A DNA stretch of 64,000 nt from a virus. Taxonomy: Duplodnaviria; Caudoviricetes. The translations under genes were made by a program, and so were the position numbers. The stretch covers positions 708 through 64,707 of the IMG/VR virus record IMGVR_UViG_3300037483_000648; one strand, written 5' to 3'. Below the pieces are notes generated by a model, which worked only from the letters and a program-made list of their open reading frames with translations, was not told the DNA's origin and did no database searches. Shown here piece by piece: positions 44,686-54,166 of the stretch (position 1 is the first letter of the stretch; every line of letters begins with the position of its first letter).

Positions 44686-46221
44686 TTAAAAGCTATCTAC
44701 TATGGCCCTCCCTTGTGCTAAAGACTGCAATATTGTTACGTAATTCTTCTGATCACTATCATCCTCCCTGACTGCCAACATACCTAATCTCATAACCCTT
44801 CGCAGCTTTTCTTCAGGTAGTTGGTTTAATGTTATAGTACCTGTTACATGGGAAAACTTGCGCTTATCCTCAGAGAAGTTTTTATACCCCAGCCATTTGA
44901 GATACTGGCTCTCTGCATCAGATTGACTGGCAGAGATAACCAAACAATGCTTTTCCTGAGATAACCCACGCATACTAGCCCACGCCTGATTGATAGCATT
45001 CCTGTCATGATTCGGCACAATCAGATCCATATAGTCGGTTATAATTACATCCGGGACAAAACCATCTTCATCTTGCCATAAATTTAACTGGTGTCTTATC
45101 TCCTCTATAGTCAGAGTATTATTGGCATATGAGGATAGTCTCATTTTAGATTTCTTCCCCCACCTTCTATTTAACTTCTCCCCTGCTTTAATAGCATCAG
45201 TCCATACAAGTGGTGTAACCGGTGACCTAAGAACAAACCAGGACGACCCTTTAAAAATATATCCCTCCTCTTTATTTTTTAAGCAATGAGTGCAAACAAC
45301 GTGGTCCTTGGCCTCCTCATAAGTTAATAGTTCACCCTTTTCCTTATCCTTGACTATTCCCCAAATCCCTGCTCTATGGGAACAATCACAGGAATCATCT
45401 TGATTATGCCAGCAATCCAAAATAGGAACTTTCAACTCACCACAATATCGAGGTTTGTGACTTCTTCCTGTAAACCTAATTCCATATCTTAATTGAAGCT
45501 GAGGAGTAGTCATATCGCCAGCAGAAAAGAAAGCTACATTCAAACCTGCTTTTCTGGCCCACATAGATAGCTCAATTAGTAAAAATGTTTTTCCCCTCTT
45601 TTCAGGCCCTAATAAAGTGACAAACCCATCCCTTACAAAAAGATCATTAAGAAATTTACCTACAGCCCCAGGGAGTCTAAAGAGCGGCTCACCTGCTGAC
45701 TCAAAGGCTTTCTGCATCCCATCTCTATCAGTAAAAGGATCAATACCATTTGACTGAGGAAGGGATATTCGTTTGTACTCAAGGATTTCTTTTTGGGCGG
45801 CTGCTACATCACCCCTGCTCAATCCTTGTTTTATCCCAGCTACTTTATTAGCCAGGTTTCTACTCTCGAAGTGCTTCTCTGCTTGATCAAGAGTATAGGC
45901 ACTATTGAACTGCTCTGCTCTTTCGTATTCAGTATTGAGGCTTAGAAGCAGGTCAGAAATAAGTTTTTCCTGATCGTCATCTAAATTGCCGTTTCTGACT
46001 TGTTTCTTGTAGATATCCTCAATGTGAATACCTGGGGCAGACTCAAATTGTTTATAGTATTCCTGGCACCACCCAATTACGGTTAAGATGAATGGGGTTT
46101 CGATCAAGTCTGTTTTTAGAATAGGTTGCACATCTCTAATAAACTTATCACTGACGATCATCCCCAGGAGTATTTGCCTTTCCGGATTTTCAGATACTTT
46201 TCTTCTCCTGTATGTCGTCAT
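44686..46221 (-). CDS. dnaB: DnaB-like replicative helicase
   Basis: Walker A GPEKRGKT, IITDYMD, SASQ, EDKRK. Confidence 0.85.
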   Translation of the reverse strand: MTTYRRRKVSENPERQILLGMIVSDKFIRDVQPILKTDLIETPFILTVIGWCQEYYKQFESAPGIHIEDIYKKQVRNGNLDDDQEKLISDLLLSLNTEYERAEQFNSAYTLDQAEKHFESRNLANKVAGIKQGLSRGDVAAAQKEILEYKRISLPQSNGIDPFTDRDGMQKAFESAGEPLFRLPGAVGKFLNDLFVRDGFVTLLGPEKRGKTFLLIELSMWARKAGLNVAFFSAGDMTTPQLQLRYGIRFTGRSHKPRYCGELKVPILDCWHNQDDSCDCSHRAGIWGIVKDKEKGELLTYEEAKDHVVCTHCLKNKEEGYIFKGSSWFVLRSPVTPLVWTDAIKAGEKLNRRWGKKSKMRLSSYANNTLTIEEIRHQLNLWQDEDGFVPDVIITDYMDLIVPNHDRNAINQAWASMRGLSQEKHCLVISASQSDAESQYLKWLGYKNFSEDKRKFSHVTGTITLNQLPEEKLRRVMRLGMLAVREDDSDQKNYVTILQSLAQGRAIVDSF

Positions 46222-46913
46222 GGTCTATGATTTCGATCAAACTTCTTTTCACATTCTCTACAACGAAAGACATCATCGGTGGCTAAATATATTTGTACTA
46301 CTCCGGGGCAGGTACAATATTCTTTCTTAGCAACAATTAATTTACATTCATCAGAAGAGGAGGATTCATCATCATCATCATCATCCTCCTCAATAACTCC
46401 TTTACAATATTGGCAACGATAAATCCGTTGTTTATAGTCATAATATATGCCTTTTGATTCAGAACACCCACAATAGCCTGATGAAACAACTACTGATGCT
46501 ATTTTTCTATCGTTAGGTATTTCAACATCATCGGTATTTACTGGATGCTTCAGAAGGATATCCCTATCCAAAATCACTTCTTTTAAACTTTTATTTCCTT
46601 TTGCAATTACTTGACAGACAGGACAATCACAAAGAAGATTATCAAAATGACTTGGCTTCTTCTTCTGTTCTTTAACTGTTTCTTTGTAATCCTTCTCAAA
46701 GAGAGCTTGACGTAAATACACCACCAAATCAAGTGCTTCCTGATAAGCATCAACCAAGACATCCCTGCCATTAAAAGGTTGAAGCCTTGTCCCATATTTT
46801 TCTTTTCCTTTCTTATCCCGCTCTATTATATCCGCATACACTAAATCCCAGACAGCAGGGAATCTGTTTTTAATCGGTGCTGGTTCATGTTCATTTAATT
46901 TCTTAGAAATCAT
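46218..46913 (-). CDS. All-alpha NTP pyrophosphohydrolase-like domain fused to Cys-rich Zn ribbons
   Basis: G.EKYG..L.P.NGRD.LVDAYQEALD..VYL; CDCPVC, CGC..CQYC, CTC..CREC. Confidence 0.6.
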   Translation of the reverse strand: MISKKLNEHEPAPIKNRFPAVWDLVYADIIERDKKGKEKYGTRLQPFNGRDVLVDAYQEALDLVVYLRQALFEKDYKETVKEQKKKPSHFDNLLCDCPVCQVIAKGNKSLKEVILDRDILLKHPVNTDDVEIPNDRKIASVVVSSGYCGCSESKGIYYDYKQRIYRCQYCKGVIEEDDDDDDESSSSDECKLIVAKKEYCTCPGVVQIYLATDDVFRCRECEKKFDRNHRP

Positions 46914-47233
46914 TTCACTTTATCTCCCAAGTCAAGTTCTTCTCCAAGAACTATTGATTTGTGATCATCGATTATCGGAGCATGTCTGATGTCTGCCCGT
47001 TGCCTTGAACTAAAAGTTCTTTTCAAATATTCTTTTGCTGCTATCAAGCCTTCACCTGGCTTAATACCGATTTTCTTTTTTAAACCGGTGGTAAAAAGAT
47101 TGCCAAAATAGAATTCATTTGTTTTCTTTTCAGGAGCTGGTTTTGGTTTAGGAGGTTTGTCGACAATAACAACGTTGACATTCACTCCACGAAATGTTCT
47201 CATTACCGTTCTCTTATTGCCATTGTCTTCCAT
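46910..47233 (-). CDS. Hypothetical protein
   Basis: 107-aa ORF, ATGA coupled. Confidence 0.5.
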   Translation of the reverse strand: MEDNGNKRTVMRTFRGVNVNVVIVDKPPKPKPAPEKKTNEFYFGNLFTTGLKKKIGIKPGEGLIAAKEYLKRTFSSRQRADIRHAPIIDDHKSIVLGEELDLGDKVK

Positions 47234-47249
47234 TTATTTCCTTTCCCTC

Positions 47250-47882
47250 CTATCTTTTTTTGGTTCGTCTATCCGCCCCATCTAGCAATATAGTCTCGCA
47301 CATTCCTGCTATTCTGCTGGTTATTCTATTTCCGCCAAAGTTCTCTGTTAATTCTTCTAAAGAAAAGTTTGAGGTTATAATCGTCGCCCTCATATTTTCA
47401 TATCGCTGATTAAGAATCAGATAGAAAGTTACAAGTGACCATTCGGACGTTTTCTCGACTCCAAGGTCGTCCAAACAGAGCCAAGGTATAGTAGAGTACC
47501 TTTCTACTAAAAAACGCTCGTCCTGGGCCTGTTCCGGGCTATTGTACGACTGTCTAATATTAAAGAGCAGCAGCGAGGCGTTTACCCAGGCAAATCTATC
47601 AAAGTGGGTTGGTGTAGCCTTGAGCATTTCTACATACATTATCTCTGCTGCCAGATGACTTTTTCCTGTTCCATTAGGACCATAAAGGAACAGGCTTTTA
47701 TCAAGAAGATTTTCGTCAACAACAGGCTGGGCAATAACACTTTTTCTTATTACCAGCGGCACTTCTTTTGGTAATACCTTTTCAGGAGAAAGTGCAGATA
47801 ACGCTCTTTTCTTTCGGCATTGGAGACAGAGTGGAAAAGCATCACCTTTCATTTTGGTTTGGCAATCTTTACATTTAGTCAT
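47250..47882 (-). CDS. DnaC/IstB-like helicase loader ATPase
   Basis: GPNGTGKSH, CLDDLG.E, ITSN, RITSRI. Confidence 0.9.
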   Translation of the reverse strand: MTKCKDCQTKMKGDAFPLCLQCRKKRALSALSPEKVLPKEVPLVIRKSVIAQPVVDENLLDKSLFLYGPNGTGKSHLAAEIMYVEMLKATPTHFDRFAWVNASLLLFNIRQSYNSPEQAQDERFLVERYSTIPWLCLDDLGVEKTSEWSLVTFYLILNQRYENMRATIITSNFSLEELTENFGGNRITSRIAGMCETILLDGADRRTKKR

Positions 47883-48886
47883 GGCTTTTCTCCTTCTGTT
47901 TTAATTCCATTATTAATGACCTTGTCCGGTCCACCGAAATCTGTATTGAAAATTTTGTCGTTTTTGATTCTAGTTCTTTTCTTTTTTGGTTCATTTCTAG
48001 TCATTGCCGATTCGAGCTTATTGAATTTGGTACGGAAAGATTCGGCAGAGAAGCATTCAGGAACAAATTCTTCACCAATATGATTCTCATACCAGCGTAA
48101 TACTTCCCAAATACGCGGAATCGGAACTTGGTCAATTTCATTTAGTTTACGGAAATGGGTGGGCCATTGATGGGTACGGGTGCCCAGGGTTATTTTATTT
48201 ACAGAGGAAACAGTTTCTTTTAGATTTTCAGAAAGGCGGCTATATATTCTTTTTACAGAACCACCAGCTTTTTTAGTTTCAGAGGTTTGATTATCTCCTG
48301 AATCAAAAGAAGTAGTATTTTTTTCTTTCAGAGAGATATCTTTTAAGTTTTTTACTGTATTTTTACTATTTACTGTCCTTTTATATTGGGCTATAGATTT
48401 TTGGTCTACTCCGGACTGTATATTTTTTATATACTCGGGAGAGGCTACTTTTCTAAATATACCCCCCTCTGGATTATAGAATTGATCATTGAAATGATTC
48501 TCATCTGATAGTGGTGCTGGATAGTCTTTTTCTTTTATGATTATATCATCAATACTGTTAAGTATGTACTTATATGGCTGATGAGAAAGGCGGGCTTGCC
48601 CTTTTGGAGCTATAACCTGAATGAAGTTATATTTTTTGAGGATACGTAAATGAGCCTTAAATGTCTGAAGAGATATCCCAATATATTCCGCCCAATCATC
48701 TTGTTTCATATTGGTGAACACTTGTTCCTCTCTTCCTGCACAATACCGTTTGAATGTGCTAAGGATAGTAAATGCGGTTGGTCCTATTACCCTAATGTAC
48801 CTGTCGATGATTGCATTTTTTGTTTCAAAATAGCCTTCTCTGGCATCTTTGTCTTGGAGGATCATTGTCATATCGATTTCCTCCAT
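47879..48886 (-). CDS. Replication initiator (HTH + DnaD-like)
   Basis: IGPTAF.I...F, winged-helix pattern, C-terminal SAESFRTKF.KL; directly upstream of the loader. Confidence 0.65.
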   Translation of the reverse strand: MEEIDMTMILQDKDAREGYFETKNAIIDRYIRVIGPTAFTILSTFKRYCAGREEQVFTNMKQDDWAEYIGISLQTFKAHLRILKKYNFIQVIAPKGQARLSHQPYKYILNSIDDIIIKEKDYPAPLSDENHFNDQFYNPEGGIFRKVASPEYIKNIQSGVDQKSIAQYKRTVNSKNTVKNLKDISLKEKNTTSFDSGDNQTSETKKAGGSVKRIYSRLSENLKETVSSVNKITLGTRTHQWPTHFRKLNEIDQVPIPRIWEVLRWYENHIGEEFVPECFSAESFRTKFNKLESAMTRNEPKKKRTRIKNDKIFNTDFGGPDKVINNGIKTEGEKP

Positions 48887-49221
48887 TGGCGATTTATTTC
48901 ATAATATTCTATTGAATCTGACCCCATTATACGTGTGTTTATTAAGCCAAGTTTTTTTAGCCTTTTTTTGCAATAAGAGATTCTACTGTCGGAGAAACCA
49001 AGAGAATCTTTAATATATTCGTTAGAAACGGCTAAAAGGAATGGATCAAGAATTTTATTCTTGTTATATTTTAGACAATGATTCCATTCTTCCAAAAGAA
49101 ACATATAAAACATAGCAACACACAAACCGTCACTTTTAATAATCTTTTTGGAGATTATTATTTCTGTTTTAGTATCTTCATGATTTGAAAAACAAAACTG
49201 GATATACTTCGGTTTATTCAT
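48868..49221 (-). CDS. Winged-helix replication-associated protein
   Basis: Likely start MNKPK; SLGFS..RI..CKKRLKKLGLI pattern. Confidence 0.55.
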   Translation of the reverse strand: MNKPKYIQFCFSNHEDTKTEIIISKKIIKSDGLCVAMFYMFLLEEWNHCLKYNKNKILDPFLLAVSNEYIKDSLGFSDSRISYCKKRLKKLGLINTRIMGSDSIEYYEINRQWRKSI

Positions 49222-49260
49222 TTCGATCTCCCAATTACGCAAGAGTTATAAGGTTTGACA

Positions 49261-49326
49261 GGGGAGGAAGCGTAATTGTTTACTTGAGGTCAGAGGACAA
49301 GTCTGAATAAGTAAACCTTCCTCCCC
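49261..49326. promoter_or_regulatory. Long imperfect inverted repeat upstream of the replication genes
   Basis: GGGGAGGAAG/CTTCCTCCCC, GTTTACTT/AAGTAAAC and TCAGA/TCTGA nested stems. Confidence 0.6.
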
Positions 49327-49483
49327 CTAGTCTTCTTCAGACTTCAGCGGGGATCAGCCGCCTATCAGGGGGTGTTCTAAAATTTAGTCCATAAGATATT
49401 TATTATAGCCCATTTTTCTTAAAACTAAGTAATTTATTTTTAAGATAGGCAAAATAAATCTAAAACTACTACAAAGTAATATA

Positions 49484-49678
49484 CTACCCAAAGACCTCAT
49501 CCTGGCACTTCTGGCAAAATCCGCTTATCCGGTATTCGTTCCTGCTGGCAGCATCTTTGAAGTCGGTAACCGGCTGCTTGCACCACGTACAGACACCTTG
49601 TTTCTCTGCTTTTTTTCTGGATATTCCGGCCAGGTTGGTCAAGACATTTTCTATTTGCTCTGATTTTTCTGTTGGCAT
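49484..49678 (-). CDS. Small Zn-binding hypothetical protein
   Basis: CTWC...SGFCQKCQD; strong RBS. Confidence 0.6.
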   Translation of the reverse strand: MPTEKSEQIENVLTNLAGISRKKAEKQGVCTWCKQPVTDFKDAASRNEYRISGFCQKCQDEVFG

Positions 49679-49910
49679 TTTATTCTCCTTTAATTACATT
49701 AATTTCCACAGCCAATTCTGTTACCATCCCATTTCCACCATTTCTAAGTGAATTTTTTCTTGCAGCCTCTTCTGTTTTGAATACCGCTATAATCCCAGCG
49801 CAGTTTTCTGATAGAGATGTTGTGTCAATTGACAAACCAATATTTGTGTTTAATTCTTTAAAAATAATATCGTTTATCCATCTTTTTTCTGGCATTTTAT
49901 TCTCCTTTAA
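49673..49910. repeat. 21-bp direct repeat containing RBS and start codon
   Basis: TGGCATTTTATTCTCCTTTAA at 49673-49693 and 49890-49910. Confidence 0.85.
49680..49895 (-). CDS. Hypothetical protein
   Basis: 71 aa; strong RBS. Confidence 0.55.
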   Translation of the reverse strand: MPEKRWINDIIFKELNTNIGLSIDTTSLSENCAGIIAVFKTEEAARKNSLRNGGNGMVTELAVEINVIKGE

Positions 49911-50089
49911 ATTTTATAATATATTGTTGTATTACTTACCATATTCATCATACCTAAAAGAACAGCGCGAGCAGCAACTTCCTGAGCCTTTGTTTTCTTA
50001 GGTTCAGTTTTCCATTTCCCTGAACGCGAAGTGCTCATGGTAAGCCTGATAAAGTATATCAGGAATTTTATTGAGTATTTCTTTTTCAT
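49907..50089 (-). CDS. Hypothetical protein
   Basis: 60 aa; AAGGAG RBS. Confidence 0.45.
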   Translation of the reverse strand: MKKKYSIKFLIYFIRLTMSTSRSGKWKTEPKKTKAQEVAARAVLLGMMNMVSNTTIYYKI

Positions 50090-50109
50090 ATTTCTCCTTT
50101 TAATAAAGA

Positions 50110-50286
50110 TTAAAATACTGCAATATCGTCAAGTTCTTTTATTAAATTTTTTATTTTCTTTTCGCGCTTATGGTTATTAGAATATTCTTCACAAGCTGCT
50201 ATAAGCAGGGAAAGTTCTTTATTATCTAAAATAAGGATGGCCTTTTTCAATTCTTTTTCACATTTGTTTAATGAACCATATATCAT
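50110..50286 (-). CDS. Hypothetical protein (58 aa, not in ORF track)
   Basis: AAGGAG RBS, MIYGSLNKCEKEL...DIAVF*. Confidence 0.5.
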   Translation of the reverse strand: MIYGSLNKCEKELKKAILILDNKELSLLIAACEEYSNNHKREKKIKNLIKELDDIAVF

Positions 50287-50298
50287 AATATTCTCCTT

Positions 50299-51216
50299 TT
50301 AATTTAAAAGTTCCTTCATCAATCCATCAGCATCTTCCTGTTTCATCTCTCCAGGATCACCTTTCGACAATTCCACTATCTCAACATGACGATCCTCGCT
50401 ATACAGAGCAATCGCCAATATCCTCGCCTGCTCCTGTGCCTGCTCTTCCCCATCAAACAAAATAAATATCCTCTTAAACCTCAACAACAACGCTACCTGC
50501 TCCTGAGTATATTTAATTCCAAACGTTGCAACAGAACCATCCCCCAAACGCCACACATCTGTAACTCCCTCAACCACTACTACACTATCACCAACAACAT
50601 TATCATACCCATACAAACAGTACTTATGGTGCCTGACTTCGTCTTCTTCCCGGCAGGCCTTATATTTTAACTCTGATCTGCCGGTTATATCCCTCCCTTG
50701 GTACGACACTAATTTGCTTTCAAATTCGATCGGAATGATAATCCTATGGTTATACCCTCCCGCTGGCCCTGTGGCCTGTAGTGAGTACTTTGCAGCGATT
50801 TTTGAAGGAAGAAAGCCTCTTTCCCTCAGATACTTCTTATGGATGGCCTTCAATTCTCCTGTTCCTGGTGGGAATTTGCAAACCGTTACTCCTGAAGACG
50901 GCCCTTTTTTAATTCCTGGGGAATAAAAAGCCATATTGCTGCCCTCTAAAGAGTACCGCTTGATGATCAGATAGGCTTCTCTTTCATCGACAGACAGGAT
51001 GGTTGAGATTACTTTGGTGGCTTTTTTTCCTCCACACCGCCAACAGGAGAAGGCGCCAAAGAACTTTGATTTTGGGTCAACACAATAACCCAGATGATTA
51101 CCTGTGTGGCCAGTGCAGAACGGGCAGGGAATTCCCACCCATCCTTTGGCAATGCCGGGACCACTTTCTTGAAAAGTAATCCCGAACTTTTGATAGAGTT
51201 TGATTATGTCAATCAT
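50299..51216 (-). CDS. DNA primase (Zn finger + TOPRIM)
   Basis: CPFC...CWRCG; YQGR; VVVEGVTD; LFDG. Confidence 0.9.
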   Translation of the reverse strand: MIDIIKLYQKFGITFQESGPGIAKGWVGIPCPFCTGHTGNHLGYCVDPKSKFFGAFSCWRCGGKKATKVISTILSVDEREAYLIIKRYSLEGSNMAFYSPGIKKGPSSGVTVCKFPPGTGELKAIHKKYLRERGFLPSKIAAKYSLQATGPAGGYNHRIIIPIEFESKLVSYQGRDITGRSELKYKACREEDEVRHHKYCLYGYDNVVGDSVVVVEGVTDVWRLGDGSVATFGIKYTQEQVALLLRFKRIFILFDGEEQAQEQARILAIALYSEDRHVEIVELSKGDPGEMKQEDADGLMKELLN

Positions 51217-51593
51217 TACTGGTACTCGATTGAAAAAATATCACCTGAAGAAGCCTCGGCAAGTGCAACTACTTTATTTGTAATAACTCCGCCAAAAGCA
51301 TTCTTTCCACGAAAGAGCATTGTCAAAAGCAGATATCCATCTTTGTCAATATATCTTGTTTCAACGTGCTTAAAACTTTCTGGATCATTCATATTAGACT
51401 TTATTACTTTAACTAATTTTTTGTGTGATCCATCCCATAGATCAAATTGGTTTTCAATCAATTGTTGTTCTGATGCCGCTGGCGCTATAACTTTTGTTTC
51501 GGTTGGTTTTACGGTTACGTCATTTTTGAGATTTCTTCCAACCATAACAAGTGATATAAAAACAAGGAAAAGTGTTATTAAAGTTCTCATCAC
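51216..51593 (-). CDS. Membrane-anchored hypothetical protein
   Basis: N-terminal TM; MNDPESF...FRGKNAFGG motif. Confidence 0.6.
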   Translation of the reverse strand: MMRTLITLFLVFISLVMVGRNLKNDVTVKPTETKVIAPAASEQQLIENQFDLWDGSHKKLVKVIKSNMNDPESFKHVETRYIDKDGYLLLTMLFRGKNAFGGVITNKVVALAEASSGDIFSIEYQ

Positions 51594-51820
51594 ACCACCT
51601 CATTACATACACAGTTTTTTAGGTTGATTACCGAGCAGAAGTCCTGGCCACAATTAAGTCTCTCGTGCGGCTCTCGGTGTGGGCATTGTCCGCGAAACCA
51701 ACAACTATTTGCCGCACCACAAATATATTTTTTGCTTGGTTCTGGTTTTAATGTTCTTTTTCTTCTTTTCGGCTTAATTTTTTCTTCAATAACTTGTGAT
51801 GATTTTTTAGTTCGTCTCAT
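51590..51820 (-). CDS. Basic, Cys-rich hypothetical protein
   Basis: 76 aa; C..C..CPH..H..C...C...C. Confidence 0.55.
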   Translation of the reverse strand: MRRTKKSSQVIEEKIKPKRRKRTLKPEPSKKYICGAANSCWFRGQCPHREPHERLNCGQDFCSVINLKNCVCNEVV

Positions 51821-51845
51821 AATTTTGTCCTCATACTATTGGTTA

Positions 51846-52418
51846 TTAAAAATTAAATTCTGGCCAAACTCTTTTTATTGCTTTTACTAATCTGCCGCTA
51901 TAATTACATTTCCATAAAGGACATTGATCCTCAAAAGTAAACCTTGCTAGTGCTGCCTCAAGAGGGTCATCATATAAACCTAGATAAATAAGTTTATTGT
52001 TTATGGTTATATTACTAAACCATTTTTTGCGTTGTTTGCGCCATGTTACCCCTGGAAATCCAGATGTGTTATGTCTATAAATTTTTGCATTTTGTGCGTT
52101 ACATGTTGGTGTTACATGTTGTAATTCAGACCATTTATTATCATCTTTAATTCCGAACTTATGATCTACCATGTATTCCGGGAAATAACCTTCCATATAT
52201 AAAAAGGCTAAACGATGTGCTTGATATGATTTTTTATTAACTTTAATACGAATATACCCATTACAATTTGTTCCCGCTATTTCTCCAACTTTTGTTTTAC
52301 CATTGTTACTAATTAGCCTAGTAAATATTCCCGTTTTAGGATCATAGTGAAGATGCCTTTTCAATTCTGCCTGAGTAAGCATATTTTTTATTTTTTTACT
52401 TCTTCTGGTTCGTCTCAT
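51846..52418 (-). CDS. HNH-AP2 homing endonuclease
   Basis: YDPKTGIF, GY, AHRLAF, VDH...DDN, N..N, then NTSGFPGV AP2 domain. Confidence 0.9.
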   Translation of the reverse strand: MRRTRRSKKIKNMLTQAELKRHLHYDPKTGIFTRLISNNGKTKVGEIAGTNCNGYIRIKVNKKSYQAHRLAFLYMEGYFPEYMVDHKFGIKDDNKWSELQHVTPTCNAQNAKIYRHNTSGFPGVTWRKQRKKWFSNITINNKLIYLGLYDDPLEAALARFTFEDQCPLWKCNYSGRLVKAIKRVWPEFNF

Positions 52419-53767
52419 AACTCACCCCACATTTCTTTATACATCTTTTGTCTTGACAACCCCTGCTTCCTCAACATTGGTACAAATCGATCAAAATAGT
52501 CATATACGTTCGGCTCTTTTCCTTCTGACGGTCTTAATATCCGCCCTATTATCTGAGTCAATTTTCCTTCATACTTTATTGGCATTGTGATAAACAGATT
52601 GGTTAAACCTGGGCAATCAAACCCTTCCCCAATTAATTGAGTGGTACTAAATAATATTTTAACTTCACCTTGAGCAAGTTTCTCAATTATCTCTTTTCTT
52701 ATTTCCGGCCTTGTACCACCAGTTAGCATTTCACTTTTTACTTTTAGTTTCTCTACCAAGGTAAAAAGATGTCCTATCCTATCAGAGACAATAAGAGAGA
52801 TATTACCAATTTTCGCTTCGCTCCTTACATCGGCAATTATCATATCATTTCTTTCTTTGTTATTGATAAGGTCAAACAATACCGCTTGATAGTCACTATT
52901 CTTATTCCTGTATCCAAAACTAGTTTCTCTGATAATGATATTTGGAACAAGAACAGCGCCACACTCTCTCAATTCTTCCTGATCTACTACCACCTTATGA
53001 TGACCAACATACCATCCTATTATATCTCCAAGGCCATCATTTCGATAAGGGGTGGCAGACAAACCGAGCATAAAACCGCAAGGAAAGTTACTCACAACAT
53101 TTTTAAAGAGGGTTGAAGGAACTCTGTGGCACTCGTCAATTATTAAGTGACCAAAGTTTTTAACAAGCTCCTCTATATGATTTTTAGCAGAATTTACAAT
53201 AGCAACGGTAATCGGTTTTATTGTTAAATTACCATCCCCGATCAACCCACAATCAACATCTAAAAAACTTTTTATGCGTTCTTTCCATTGGTAAAGCAGT
53301 TCTTTGGTGTGGACTATGATTAATGTTGGTTGTTTTCTCTTGGCGATAATAGCAAGAGCTGCAACTGTTTTTCCTGCGCCAGTTCCGGCCTCAAGTACGC
53401 CAAACCTTTTTGATAGAATATCCTTAACTGCTACTTCCTGATATGGCCTTAATGTTTTCTGGAAGGTAAAGTCAATTTCAGGAAGAAAAAATGTATGGTC
53501 AACAACTTCTAACTTTTCTTTCTGTTGAATAGTTTCTTGGATAAGGCCAGCAGCCCCACGGGGAAACGCGCAAGAGTCTTTGAATTTCTTGAAAAAGTAG
53601 AGTTTCTTTGGAATCCCGAATACCTTTCGCCTGCTTTTTTGGCGCATTAATCTTTCTTTAGCAGCTAGGTATTCGGGATTATCTAAGGTAAAAAGTTCGG
53701 TCAAGGCGGATATCCAATAAGGCGACATCTCTTTGACTACAACCTTATTGGATATTATCATTTTCAT
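52415..53767 (-). CDS. SF2 DEAH helicase (UvsW/XPB-like)
   Basis: LRPYQ, GTGAGKT, IIDECH, GLSATP, GEGFD, QIIGRILR. Confidence 0.9.
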   Translation of the reverse strand: MKMIISNKVVVKEMSPYWISALTELFTLDNPEYLAAKERLMRQKSRRKVFGIPKKLYFFKKFKDSCAFPRGAAGLIQETIQQKEKLEVVDHTFFLPEIDFTFQKTLRPYQEVAVKDILSKRFGVLEAGTGAGKTVAALAIIAKRKQPTLIIVHTKELLYQWKERIKSFLDVDCGLIGDGNLTIKPITVAIVNSAKNHIEELVKNFGHLIIDECHRVPSTLFKNVVSNFPCGFMLGLSATPYRNDGLGDIIGWYVGHHKVVVDQEELRECGAVLVPNIIIRETSFGYRNKNSDYQAVLFDLINNKERNDMIIADVRSEAKIGNISLIVSDRIGHLFTLVEKLKVKSEMLTGGTRPEIRKEIIEKLAQGEVKILFSTTQLIGEGFDCPGLTNLFITMPIKYEGKLTQIIGRILRPSEGKEPNVYDYFDRFVPMLRKQGLSRQKMYKEMWGEL

Positions 53768-53937
53768 TCGGTTTCTCCTTTTTGTTTATTGAAAGAAGAA
53801 CACATTGCTAATAACTCTTTTACAGTTGTTTCTTTGGTAATTTGTTCTTCTTTCAACAATACGGTTAATCCGTTACTTAAATTGTTCCAGAATCTCTCTA
53901 TTGCTTTAGAGGATTCATGTTCTATATAAGATTTCAT
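53764..53937 (-). CDS. Hypothetical protein (57 aa, not in ORF track)
   Basis: AAGGAG RBS, MKSYIEHES..., ATGA overlap with helicase. Confidence 0.5.
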   Translation of the reverse strand: MKSYIEHESSKAIERFWNNLSNGLTVLLKEEQITKETTVKELLAMCSSFNKQKGETE

Positions 53938-54012
53938 TATCTTTCTCCTTTTGTTTATTGATTATATGGCGGATTGCTGTAAACTGTTAAGAATTAATAA
54001 AGAATAAAAGCC

Positions 54013-54156
54013 TCAATCCTCTTCTGATTCTTCGCCTAAACCGATTGTCAAAATTAACCCCTTATCTTGAATTAACTCTTCTAAGTCAACAAGAAATTGC
54101 TCATACTCATCTTCCGGTATTCCAAATATTTTTACATTAACATCCCATTTTTTCAT
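54013..54156 (-). CDS. Hypothetical acidic protein (47 aa, not in ORF track)
   Basis: AAGGAGG RBS, MKKWDVNVKIFG...EESEED*. Confidence 0.5.
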   Translation of the reverse strand: MKKWDVNVKIFGIPEDEYEQFLVDLEELIQDKGLILTIGLGEESEED

Positions 54157-54166
54157 CACACCCTCC

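Noticed and set aside
45240-45460. Intein in DnaB
   Set aside because: No N-terminal Cys block A, TxxH or terminal HN/N; it looks like a Zn-binding insertion.
48340-48380. Iterons within the initiator gene
   Set aside because: TTTACT(G/A)T repeats are short and explained by the Asn/Thr/Lys-rich linker coding.
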